DNA of 32,000 nt, taken from NCBI RefSeq assembly GCF_900119845.1, contig NZ_FPKU01000003.1:64145-96144 (forward strand), read 5' to 3'. A program made the position numbers and the translations under genes. This DNA comes from Devosia enhydra (GTDB lineage: Bacteria > Pseudomonadota > Alphaproteobacteria > Rhizobiales > Devosiaceae). Shown here one piece after another: positions 1-9,700 of this stretch (position 1 is its first letter; the number at the start of each line of letters is the position of its first letter). Under the pieces are notes generated by a model, which searched no databases, was not told the DNA's origin, and saw nothing but the letters and a program-made list of their open reading frames with translations.

Positions 1-1
1 C

Positions 2-1543
2 GTTGGAGGAGACGCGGGGTTTTATGGCGCCGTCGAGGATGAGGAGCCTCCCGACCAGCTGGTGGCGCGGATGGCGAACGAGGCCGCCGCCTTGCCCGGG
101 CTCAGCATCCATCTCTGCGCCGAAGTCGTTGCGGTTACCGATGGCGCGGTTCGCGTGCATCTCTGCCGCCCGGACACGCATGGGCCGCGTGGCGTGATGG
201 CCGAGGCGCAGGCCCGCCTCGTGGTTCTTGCCACCGGCACGCTCGAGCGCCTGCCGGTATTTTCCGGCAATCGGCTGCCCGGAGTCAGCGGCGCCGTCAC
301 GGCATATCAGCGCGCGGCCCAGTTCGGCCTCTGGTCGGGTTCGCCCACCATTCTGGCAACCCAGAGCAATGCCGGCTATCGCCTTGCGCTGATGGCCGGC
401 AATGCCGGGGTCGAGATCGCACGCATCGTCGACAGCCGCGTCAACGCCCAGTCCCGCTTTATCGATTTCTGCAAGGCGTCGGGGTTTACGCTCGCCGGCG
501 GACAGATGCCGCGCTACGCCGTCCCGCGCTCCGGCGGCAGAGGCCTTTCGGTCGGCTTTGCCATGCAGGGCGAGGAGGCGGTGCAGGCCAGTGGCCCGTT
601 CGACTGCGAGGGGCTGGTCATTGCCGGCAGCACGCAGCCCGACATCACGCTCTGGTGCCGGGCCGGCGGTGGCGCGGTATGGAACGCGCGCGCTGGCCGG
701 CTCGAAGGGCGCGGGGAACGCGCCGGGCTCATGATGGCCGGCAGTGCAGCGGGCCTTCGCAACACCTCGGCCTGCCTTGCCGCAGGGGCTGCCGTGGCCG
801 CAGCCTATCTGGGCCACAAACTTCCCCTCATCGACGATACGCAGATCGAGACGGTGTTCGAAACCGCCGACGACACCAATCCGCTCGCTCCGCCCTCAGG
901 CGAGCAGGCGATCCCGGCCTTTCTCGATGTCGGAGACACGCTGCTGACCCGTCCCGTGACGCGTCGCCCCCGGCTGGTCGATCGGCTTCTGCGCCGCCGC
1001 CCACCGCAGTGGGATCCGCTTGTGCAAGGCAGCGCATTGGGACTGTGCGACCTCGTCGCGGCGGTCCATCTGGGCGTGATCCCGCGCGGCGGCGCGGGCA
1101 GTCTGGCTGCCGAACGCTGCCTTGCCCCTGCCAGCATCGCCACCGGCCCGTCTCCGCTGCCCCCTCCGCCGCAGTTAACGGGGTTGCCGCCTTATCTGGC
1201 TGGCCGCTTCGGGCCGGCGCCGATGCTGTGGACGGTGCTGTCCGATGATTCCCGCTTTTTCGAGGTCGGGTGCCTGGCTTTCGCGGATGCCGCCGAGACT
1301 GATCCGGGCAAGGCGCTCGGGGTGATCGTGGCGCCAGCGCCAGGCCGGCGCAGCGGCGGCCTGCTGCTGCTCGGCAAGCCCGACGCCGCCCCCGGCGAGC
1401 GGTTCTCTATCCGCGACGAAAACGGCGCCGTCCCCGTGCGCCTTATCGAGCGGTTCCGTACCGACAGTCTGAGGACGGGTACGCTGACCGCTGCCGAGTC
1501 GAGACCCGCCGACAAGGCACAAAAGACCGCGCCCAAACCCTGA
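2..1543 (+). CDS. FAD/NAD(P)-dependent oxidoreductase, sarcosine-oxidase-alpha-like with aminomethyltransferase-type C-terminal barrel (5' end outside window)
   Basis: Frame is open from base 2 (VGGDAGFYGAVEDEE...) into ORF 62..1543. Oxidoreductase-like segments (LATGTLERLPVF..., LVIAGSTQPD). High GC3 coding bias. Convergent with the next gene. Confidence 0.6.
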   Translation, partial: VGGDAGFYGAVEDEEPPDQLVARMANEAAALPGLSIHLCAEVVAVTDGAVRVHLCRPDTHGPRGVMAEAQARLVVLATGTLERLPVFSGNRLPGVSGAVTAYQRAAQFGLWSGSPTILATQSNAGYRLALMAGNAGVEIARIVDSRVNAQSRFIDFCKASGFTLAGGQMPRYAVPRSGGRGLSVGFAMQGEEAVQASGPFDCEGLVIAGSTQPDITLWCRAGGGAVWNARAGRLEGRGERAGLMMAGSAAGLRNTSACLAAGAAVAAAYLGHKLPLIDDTQIETVFETADDTNPLAPPSGEQAIPAFLDVGDTLLTRPVTRRPRLVDRLLRRRPPQWDPLVQGSALGLCDLVAAVHLGVIPRGGAGSLAAERCLAPASIATGPSPLPPPPQLTGLPPYLAGRFGPAPMLWTVLSDDSRFFEVGCLAFADAAETDPGKALGVIVAPAPGRRSGGLLLLGKPDAAPGERFSIRDENGAVPVRLIERFRTDSLRTGTLTAAESRPADKAQKTAPKP

Positions 1544-1549
1544 TCGGGC

Positions 1550-2794
1550 TCACAGCCGTCGCGTCGCAGCCTCGCGTGCGCGCCGCAGGATTTCGGCGTG
1601 CTCGGCGCCGAAACGCAGTTCCACCAGCCGCACGGCGCGGTCGTAGCGCGCCAGCCGCACGGCCGTCGGCTCGTGGGTTCGCAGAGCTTCGCGCTGCCGC
1701 TCCGAGTGATGCTCGATCACCTGCCCCACCTGTTGCCACAGCGGATCGATGAGCGTGTTGAGCGCCAGGGAATCGCGGCAGTCCCGGGCGGTCGCCAGCA
1801 TGTACATCGCGTTGAACGCCTCGAGCCCGCTTTCATGCTCGTCACTGGCGCTATCTCCGCGCAGGGCTCGGCTCAGCGTGGGCACCATGTCGCGCAGATG
1901 CAGCGCGACCCGGTCCGAGGCGTGGCGCGTCAGTCCCGAGACCACGCCGGTCCAGCGTCCGAGCGGCGCGAATTCGACATAGCCCGTCACGGCGCGGCTC
2001 AGCCTGTGGAATCGTTCGAGCGCAGCGCATGCCCGGTCGATATCGCGGAACGGCCCCTGCCCCTCCATCGCACCGAGCTGGTTCTGGGCATGCGCGAGCA
2101 GCGCCTCGACCAGCGGGGCGTAGCCGGCGCGGCCGATGGCTGCCTCGCTGCCGCTGCCCACCAACCGGATCAGCGCGCTCATGATGCGCGCCGGCTGCTG
2201 CACTTCGCCCATGGCCGCATGCATCAGCAAACCCGCGACGGTCTGGTCCTGCAGGGGCATCGATTGCAGCGCCCCGGCCAGCGCCGCCTCATCGGTCATG
2301 GCGTTGGTGGCGCGGCCGAAATCGCGGGCCTTGCCGATCACCGCCCGGCATCTGAGGGCGGTGAGCACGGCAGGCAGGCGCGAAACCACATCCTCGCCGC
2401 CCAGTTGCACGCGCATGCGTCGCTCGGCATCTTCGCTCGTGGAGGCGGCGGCGATGGCATCGCGCGCACGCGTCAGCAGAGTGCCCATGAGCCCGTCTAG
2501 CGACTCGGCCTGCTCGGCCGGCGGGGCCCCGGCAAGGGCCGCAACCAGGTCCGGCGCCAGGTCGCGTTTCATCCACGTCCATACGGACTGGGCTGTTGTG
2601 TCGTCTATGGCGCCTGCAAAGACAAAGGGTTGTGGCGCGCGCACCAGCACGCCGTCGATGAGCCCGGCGAAAGCGGGCTCGGCCCGGGTCTGGGCACGGA
2701 CAGGCGAGCGATGCCCCCTCGCCATCGTGGCGGCGGGTTCAGCAGGCTCACGGGTAAAACCGGTCGGGGACATGGCTGGACGGGCACGGATCAT
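1550..2794 (-). CDS. hypothetical all-alpha protein (no family recognised)
   Basis: 414-aa ORF with GC3-rich codons. The opposite-strand ORFs here are Arg/Pro-rich shadows. Start could be ATG 2794 or ATG 2773. Confidence 0.6.
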   Translation of the reverse strand: MIRARPAMSPTGFTREPAEPAATMARGHRSPVRAQTRAEPAFAGLIDGVLVRAPQPFVFAGAIDDTTAQSVWTWMKRDLAPDLVAALAGAPPAEQAESLDGLMGTLLTRARDAIAAASTSEDAERRMRVQLGGEDVVSRLPAVLTALRCRAVIGKARDFGRATNAMTDEAALAGALQSMPLQDQTVAGLLMHAAMGEVQQPARIMSALIRLVGSGSEAAIGRAGYAPLVEALLAHAQNQLGAMEGQGPFRDIDRACAALERFHRLSRAVTGYVEFAPLGRWTGVVSGLTRHASDRVALHLRDMVPTLSRALRGDSASDEHESGLEAFNAMYMLATARDCRDSLALNTLIDPLWQQVGQVIEHHSERQREALRTHEPTAVRLARYDRAVRLVELRFGAEHAEILRRAREAATRRL

Positions 2795-2852
2795 CCGGCC
2801 CCAGACTAGTCAGATCAGGTAAACAAATCGGTCGCGCCCGGCCCTTCCCGCA

Positions 2853-3371
2853 TCAGCTGGGGCTGGTCACGCTCCAGGTGCCGTCGGCCTCACGGCAGGC
2901 GGTGCCGCGGCGGGTATATTCGGAGCTCGTAGACTTCACCACATGGGTGAAATCGCGGCAATCGATGGCGTTCACCCGCACGAACGGGCCGACGCTCACC
3001 TGCCCGGACACCCCGCCATCGGCGGTCCAGCTGCGCGGTGCACCCGGCCGACCGAACTGCAGCGCATTATACTGGGCGTTCCGGGCATTGGCCTGCGCCG
3101 AGCTGCTCATCAGCGGCAATGCCGCCGGGTCGATGAAGCTGGCCACATCGGTCGAAGCGGCAGCCGATGCCGTCGCCACCGCAGCGCTCTGGGGCAGCGC
3201 GGCCGTCTGCATGGGTACCGACCCCTGCCCCTGAAGGGCGGGCAGGCTCGATTGTCCGACCGTGCTGCCGACGTAGGCAGGGCCCTGCGCAAGCTCGGCG
3301 GATGGCCCCATGGCGCAGGCGCCAAGGAAGAGAATCGGAAGCAGCAGCGGAAGTCGGGCGAATGAAAGCAT
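2853..3371 (-). CDS. outer-membrane lipoprotein, 17-kDa-surface-antigen-like
   Basis: N-terminal signal peptide with lipobox (LFLGAC). C-terminal segment ...VNAIDCRDFTHVV...GTACREADGTW resembles the surface-antigen (RT0821-like) domain. Confidence 0.7.
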   Translation of the reverse strand: MLSFARLPLLLPILFLGACAMGPSAELAQGPAYVGSTVGQSSLPALQGQGSVPMQTAALPQSAAVATASAAASTDVASFIDPAALPLMSSSAQANARNAQYNALQFGRPGAPRSWTADGGVSGQVSVGPFVRVNAIDCRDFTHVVKSTSSEYTRRGTACREADGTWSVTSPS

Positions 3372-3426
3372 GGAAAACCCTAGTCTTGCGGCTGTCTACA
3401 TCACGTCGCAATGCGGCGAAAGTGGG

Positions 3427-4896
3427 TCACCCCAGCCGCGGCCCGCCCAGCCGCGCGCCTGGCAGCCGCAACTCCGCCAGAACGCCGCCGAGAACCGAGC
3501 GCTTGAGCGCCAGCGAACCGCCATAAACGTCCACCAGTTCCTTGACGATGTCGAGCCCCAGCCCGCTGCCGGGCGTCTTTTCATCGAGCCGCACGCCGCG
3601 GCGGAGCACCTTTTCGGCCTCCTCAGGCGTAAGCCCGGGCCCGTCATCCTCGACCTTGATCAGCAGCATCGGCCCGCTCTGGGCGCGTTCGGCCACCATC
3701 GAGACGGCGATCTTGCCACGGCTCCACTTGCAGGCATTGTCGAGCAGATTGCCCGCCATTTCTTCGAGGTCGCCCTCGTCGCCCCGGAACCAGGGCAGCG
3801 AGGCATCGGGCCGCACGAAGGCGATGGTGGTGCCTGAATTGAGTTTTTCCATCACCCGCACCAGCCGCAGCATCACCAGCGTCGCATCGGCGCGCTTGCC
3901 GACGATGGCGGTGCGCGAGGCAATCCGGGCCCGGTCGAGATAGGTTGAAACCAGACTCGTCATCTTGTCCGATTCCGAAACCACCACTTTGGCGAGCGGG
4001 CTCCCCTTGTGCAGATGTGCCTCGTTGCGCAGCACCGCGAGCGGCGTCTTCAGCCCATGGGCCAGATTGCCGACCTGGTTGCGGGCACGTTCGATGATCT
4101 GGGTGTTGGAGCGCAGGAGTTCGTTGACCTCCTCGGCCAGAGGCGCAATCTCGCGGGGATAGGCCCCGGTGATCGCCTGCGCCTCGCCCTCGCGCACTTT
4201 CTCGATGGCGGCCTCGAGCCGGCCGATGGGCCGCAGCGCGAGCCGCGCGCCGATGCCGCTCATGATGGCGAGCGCGATCCCCACCGCGCCCAGCACCATC
4301 AGGGTCTGGCCCCGAAATTCGCCCACCAGCGCCAGGATCTCGTCGAGGCTGCCGGTGACCATCACCTGCAGGGGCCGTCCCTCGCTGATGATGGCCCGCT
4401 CCACCGCGCGGATACGCACGCCATTGTCGTCGGTCATCACCCCGCTGCGATAGCCGTCGGGGTCGAACGGCCCAATGATCGCGGGCAGCCGCATCCCCAC
4501 CGCAGAGCGCGAGAGATTGACGATATTGCCCTCGCCATCGCGGATCACCCAGTACCAGCCGGTGGCGGCCCGGCCGAAGCGCGGATCCTGGATGCGCAAT
4601 TCGTCCACCTGCGCCTCCGGCTCAAGGGAACGGCCGGCCAGCGAATCGATGTGGAATTTCAGCGTGTCGGTCAGGCTGTTGTCGAGCGCACGCGAATAAA
4701 GCTCGGTGAGGAGGAACGAGGTCCCCACAAGCGCCACGATTAGCCAGGCGGCCGAAAGCCAGAACAGCGAAACCGCGATCGAGCCCCGGCGGCTGGTCTT
4801 TGGGCCGGCGGTGTCGATTGCAGCCTCTTCGCCCGCGTTCGGCTGCACATTGGAGGGTCGGGTGCTGTCGGTGCCGCTCGGCACGGTCGGGCTCAC
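3427..4896 (-). CDS. two-component sensor histidine kinase (2 TM, HAMP, HisKA, HATPase_c)
   Basis: H-box NLAHGLKTPLAVL. N/G boxes (LLDNACKW, DDGPGL, GSGLGLDIV). GTG start overlaps the response-regulator stop (GTGA). Confidence 0.9.
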   Translation of the reverse strand: MSPTVPSGTDSTRPSNVQPNAGEEAAIDTAGPKTSRRGSIAVSLFWLSAAWLIVALVGTSFLLTELYSRALDNSLTDTLKFHIDSLAGRSLEPEAQVDELRIQDPRFGRAATGWYWVIRDGEGNIVNLSRSAVGMRLPAIIGPFDPDGYRSGVMTDDNGVRIRAVERAIISEGRPLQVMVTGSLDEILALVGEFRGQTLMVLGAVGIALAIMSGIGARLALRPIGRLEAAIEKVREGEAQAITGAYPREIAPLAEEVNELLRSNTQIIERARNQVGNLAHGLKTPLAVLRNEAHLHKGSPLAKVVVSESDKMTSLVSTYLDRARIASRTAIVGKRADATLVMLRLVRVMEKLNSGTTIAFVRPDASLPWFRGDEGDLEEMAGNLLDNACKWSRGKIAVSMVAERAQSGPMLLIKVEDDGPGLTPEEAEKVLRRGVRLDEKTPGSGLGLDIVKELVDVYGGSLALKRSVLGGVLAELRLPGARLGGPRLG

Positions 4897-5552
4897 GCGT
4901 CGGCGATCTGGTAGCCGAGCCCGCGCACCGTCTGGATGCAGTCATCGGGCAGCTTCTTGCGCAGGCGGCCCACGAACACCTCGATGGTGTTGCTGTCGCG
5001 GTCGAAATCCTGATCGTAAAGATGCTCGGTCAGCTCGGTGCGCGAGATCACCTTGCCCTTGTGGTGCATCAGATAGCTCAGCAGCCGCAATTCATGGCTT
5101 GTGAGCTTGATCGCCTGGCCATCGACCGTGACGCGCCCGGCCTTGACGTCGAGTCGCACCGACCCGGCGACGATCTCGTTTGAGGCATGCCCCGCCGCCC
5201 GGCGCACCAGCGCCCGCAGGCGAGCCAGCACCTCTTCCATATGGAAGGGCTTGGCGACGTAGTCGTCCGCCCCGGCATCGATGCCCTGGACTTTGTCACT
5301 CCAGCGATCGCGTGCCGTCAGCAGAAGCACCGGCATCGTACGGCCGGCGCGGCGCCATTCCTCGAGCACCGACAGCCCATCCATCTGCGGCAGGCCGATA
5401 TCGAGCACCACCGCGTCATAGGGTTCGGTATCGCCGAGAAAATGCCCCTCCTCGCCATCGAAGGCGACGTCGACGGCATAGCCGGCTTCGCTCAGGGCGT
5501 CCTTGATCTGGCGATTGAGATTGGTATCGTCTTCAACAACGAGAATGCGCAT
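4893..5552 (-). CDS. OmpR/PhoB-family DNA-binding response regulator
   Basis: MRILVVEDD...DAVVLDIGLPQMDG receiver domain plus winged-helix C-terminus (LTSHELRLLSYL..., RGLGY). Confidence 0.95.
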   Translation of the reverse strand: MRILVVEDDTNLNRQIKDALSEAGYAVDVAFDGEEGHFLGDTEPYDAVVLDIGLPQMDGLSVLEEWRRAGRTMPVLLLTARDRWSDKVQGIDAGADDYVAKPFHMEEVLARLRALVRRAAGHASNEIVAGSVRLDVKAGRVTVDGQAIKLTSHELRLLSYLMHHKGKVISRTELTEHLYDQDFDRDSNTIEVFVGRLRKKLPDDCIQTVRGLGYQIADA

Positions 5553-5584
5553 GGGTGGCCCCCCTCTGCCGCTCGCGCCTCAGC

Positions 5585-5893
5585 TTACCGCGAGCCGTCG
5601 ACTGCGTTCAAGGCAACCCTTTGCACTTCCCCCGAGGGACTGACGAGGCTGACCGAATAATAAAGCTGCCCGCCCCGCTGGCAGACCTCGACTGCCGAGA
5701 CCTCCGAGAAATTGGGCGGGATGCCGGCCATGCGCTTGACCGCCGCCCAGCTCTGGATTTCGCCGGACTGAATGGCCTGCTGGATGGCATTGGGCGAGAG
5801 GCAGGCCCCGCCCTGCGCCATGGCGGGAGATATCGTCCCGCCGATGGCCAGCATGGCCGCAATGCCCAGAACTGGAAGAAGTGCCTTTTTCAT
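5585..5893 (-). CDS. PepSY-domain periplasmic protein
   Basis: Signal peptide MKKALLPVLGIAAMLAIGG..AMA. Small size. Sits directly upstream of the RR/HK pair, a common PepSY-RR-HK arrangement. Confidence 0.7.
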   Translation of the reverse strand: MKKALLPVLGIAAMLAIGGTISPAMAQGGACLSPNAIQQAIQSGEIQSWAAVKRMAGIPPNFSEVSAVEVCQRGGQLYYSVSLVSPSGEVQRVALNAVDGSR

Positions 5894-5943
5894 GCCTCAG
5901 TCTTTAAGGGCGAGCGGCTGAACAGGGTATGAATGATACACGC

Positions 5944-6732
5944 TCAGGCGTTTTCCACCGCTGTCTTGATGCCCTGCCGCAGGAACACGATGGCGAGAGC
6001 CTCCATCATCAGATGGCCCGCCGACTGCCCCTCGAAGCTCGGCAGGTCGACGCCCATCACTTGTGCCAGCCCGGCGATCGCCATGGCCAGGGCGACAATG
6101 TAGGTCTTGTAGCCGGAAAGAAAAGTCATCATTTCGCTCCAGGGTTGCGCCGGGGCTAATCCCCCGGCTGAAGTTCGGTCGCCCGCCATGGCGAGCGCTG
6201 CAGCGCGGATGGCGGCCACCCGCCGGTTCCAGCCGCGTCCGAAGGTTGCGTAGGTCGCAAGCCGGTCGAGAAAGCTCAGGCGCCGGTCGCACAGCGCCTT
6301 GATAAGACCCGCCAGTCCCACTAGCCCGATGCTGCGCCTGATGGCGGCCAGCGTGATCGGGCCGACAAATCCATCGGCCTTCGCTCCCACGATCCCCTGC
6401 AGGGTCCTGATGGCACGGTCCGGTCCCGAATTGACGGCAAAATCGAAGAGCGCCAGGTCGAGCCCGGCCGGCAGATCGGCGCCCCCGCTCCTGCGCCAGA
6501 AGAGCGCCTCGTAGATCGTCGCGGCTTCGGCGCGATCGAGCCCGCGCACCTCGGCCTTGGGCAGGCTCCAATAGGGCGAAATCCCCCGCCAGCGGGCCAG
6601 CGTCTTGCGGGTGATCCCCATATTGGTCGCCCCGCCCGGGTCGGCCGGATGGTCGGCATAGCCGCCTTCATGGGCGAGCACATGGGTGAGGCAATGGGCA
6701 AAGCGCGCGCGTGCGTCACCGTCGTCAGTCAT
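5944..6732 (-). CDS. GH108-family N-acetylmuramidase with PG_binding_3 domain and two C-terminal transmembrane helices (holin-associated-muramidase-like)
   Basis: HEGGYADHPADPGGATNMGIT motif (GH108). DGFVGPITLAAI (PG_binding_3). C-terminal hydrophobic helices YIVALAMAIAGLAQVMGV and LMMEALAIVFL. ATG at 6732 overlaps the g15 stop by 8 nt (ATGACTGA). Confidence 0.85.
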   Translation of the reverse strand: MTDDGDARARFAHCLTHVLAHEGGYADHPADPGGATNMGITRKTLARWRGISPYWSLPKAEVRGLDRAEAATIYEALFWRRSGGADLPAGLDLALFDFAVNSGPDRAIRTLQGIVGAKADGFVGPITLAAIRRSIGLVGLAGLIKALCDRRLSFLDRLATYATFGRGWNRRVAAIRAAALAMAGDRTSAGGLAPAQPWSEMMTFLSGYKTYIVALAMAIAGLAQVMGVDLPSFEGQSAGHLMMEALAIVFLRQGIKTAVENA

Positions 6733-9700
6733 GAAACACCCCCTGTCCCGCATGCCCCGGTCCCAGCACCGGGCTCACCTGCTGCACAGCGAAGTCGAAT
6801 GCCGCCGGCAGCGCCCCGAAATCGGCGATCTGGTCGGCCGCCGAATAGAGCGCCGAGCGACCCGTCACGCCGAGAACCCGCGCCGTCTCGCCCTCGGCAC
6901 TGATGGTGATGCGCCAGTCGTCCGGAACCCCATCGGCCGGCACCTCCGCAAGTGCCCAGTTGCCCGGATCGGCGCGGCTGCGGCCGATCCAGCCCAGCGT
7001 TACGTCCCCGCTTGCTGGATCGCGGATGGCTGAGAGATGCACCGGCGCCAGCGGCAAGGCCGGCCCCAGCCCGGCATTGAGGTCCAGCGCCGTGCCATCG
7101 AGATCGCCCGGTCCCGCGAAAGCGAGGAGATCGGCACTGCCACCCAGCCACCCAATGGGCATCGGCAGCAGCGCCACCTTGTCGTCGAGCACCAGCGCCA
7201 GCGCGCCGCTGGCAGCCGGCGCCATTCCGGCATCGGTGCCGTCGAGCCCGCGCAACAGCCGCGTCAGCCGATAGGTCGCCGGCGCCACGAGCTCGGCCCC
7301 GGCATAGCCGACCACCTCCCAGCCCAATTCAGTCTGTAGCAGCAGCCGGTTGGCGCCCGCCAGCACCGGACCATCCTCGGCCGATGTCGGATGCCCGCTG
7401 CCAAACCGAATCAGCAGGCTGCCGAAGGCGTCCCAAACCGCCAGCGGGCCGGCGGGTGCCGGCTCCAGCAGCGTCCCGATGCTCGCCGATCGCGTCAGCC
7501 GCGACAGCCGCTCGCCCGTTGCGACATCGACCACCGTCACCGCCCCCGGCCAGGGCCGCGCGCTAGCCGCCAGCAACAGCCGCGACTGGCCGGGATTGGC
7601 CGGGCTTGCCGGCAGATGCGCCGCTACCACCTGCGGCAATGCCCGTGGCGCCGGTCCCGGCGCGACGGGCAAGGCCCGCTCGGCCGTCACCGCCACATCG
7701 ACGAGCGGCACGCGCGCCCGCGCCACCACCTGCCGCGTGCCAGCATCGCGCAACTCGGTGATCTCGAAGGGCCCCTCGCCTTCGCCAGACAGTGCAACCA
7801 CGTCGCCCGGTTCGAGTCGCGTCTCGGCCTCGGGCAGCGCAAAGCGCAGCGTTTCCCCGCTCATCGCCCGCGCCAGCAGCAGCCGTTCGGCGGCGAAGCG
7901 CGCACCCGACGCATCGAGCACCAGGGCGAAATCCTCGCCCGCCAGAGCCCCGCCGCCGAACCGGCTCGCCGTCACCGTGCCGGCCAGATAATCCCGTTCC
8001 CGGTCGCCATAGCCCAGCGCGAACTGGCGGACCGCCTCACCGGGGTCGGGCCGCCGCCGCGACAGGATCGCGCCCTCGCCGGCGACGAGATCCTCGCGCT
8101 CGATCGTCGCGACCACCCGCCGCGACGGAGCCACGCTGGCCAGCCCCGCCGGCCCATCGCGCAGCAAGAGGCTCGTGGCCTCCAGCACCGGTTCGAGCGC
8201 GGCGCGGCAATTGGTCGGCCCGGTCACCCGATAGCCATGAATGAAGGGCGGTCGCGCCGCCTCCGCGTTGACCGTCACCCCGAAATCGGCGGCAATCGCC
8301 GCCACCAGTTCATCGGCCGCCAGCCCGCCGAGCCGTCCGGTCAGCCAGTGGCCCGTAACGTGATTTACCCCGTCCGCCCAGTTCTCACGGTCGCGCGGAA
8401 AAGCCGGAAAAGGCCGCGCATCCCAGGTCCAGAGATGGATATGGCCCAGATCGACCATCGGCCCGCCATAGACACTCGAGACCGGGTTGGCCGTGCCATC
8501 CGCCCAATGCCCGAGATGGGCACGCAGCACCTGCCGCTGCATCAGCGGGTCGGGCGTACCGGCCGAAAAATACGGCCGCCCGTCCTCGGCGCTCTTGGCG
8601 TCGCCGAACACATTAGGCTGGTTGGCACCCCGATCCACCGCAGCGCAACCCAGCTCGGTGAACCAGATGGGCTTGCTCTGAGGCACCCAGGCGGTCGGCT
8701 CGGGGCTCCGTACCCCGCCGATGCGCTCGTGATGGGGCTCGCGCCACCAGCTCACAATATCCTTGAACCGCCACACCCACGGCTCGCCATGCACCGCATC
8801 GGTGATCGGCGTCCTGAGCCCGGCGATGCGGTCGGCAGGGTCGGCATAATACCAGTCGAACCCCTCGCCACCGGCAATACCGGAACGCAGGTAACCGAGA
8901 TCATACGGGCTCTCCCAGGCCTCGGCATCCGCATGCCGATCTCCATCGCGCCAGTCGGCGATGGGCATATAGGCGTCGATCCCCACCGCATCGATGGCGT
9001 CGGAGGCCCAGAGCGGATCGAGATGAAAGCGCCGATCCCCCGATCCATCCTGCGGCTGGTGCCCGAAGTACTCGCTCCAGTCGGCCGCATAGGTCAGCTT
9101 CACACCCGGCCCCGCCAGCGCCCGTGCCTCTTCGGCAAGCCCCATCAGCTCCGCGACGAAAGGATAGCTCCCGCCGTCCCCGCGCAGGGTCGTCAGCCCC
9201 ACAAGCTCCGAGCCGATCACCAGCGCATCGGCGCCCGCCTCTCCGGCGAGGCTTGCATAATGGCGCACTATGCGCCGCAGGCCCCAGTCCCCGGTCCCGC
9301 CCACCAGTTGCGCGATCTGCGTCTCGACCGCCCCCGAACCCTCCGGCGATCCCGCCCGCCCCGGTGCCGGATCGCAGGTGATGCGGCCGCGCCAGGGATG
9401 CGCCGGCTGCCCCGCCTCCCCCGTATAGGGGTTGGGCAGCGTGTTGCCGGCGGCAATATCCATCAGCACGATGGGGTAGAGCGTCACCGAAAGCCCGCGC
9501 GCCCTCAAATCGGCGATCGCCGCCCGCACGCTCTGGTCCGATGGCGTGCCGCCATAGGCCGGCCCGCCCGCGAACTGCGAGACCACCGGCGCCGTCCCCC
9601 GCGTCAGCCCGGCCACCGACCAGCCCAGCCCGGTCACGGTCCGGTCCGATGCTTCCACCTTCGGGCTGATCGTGCAGTGCCCTGCCCGGAGGTCGCTGCC

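Noticed and set aside
5897-6571. 224-aa alternative-frame minus-strand ORF overlapping the GH108 gene
   Set aside because: Arg/Gly-rich out-of-frame translation. The GH108/PG_binding_3 frame explains the region.
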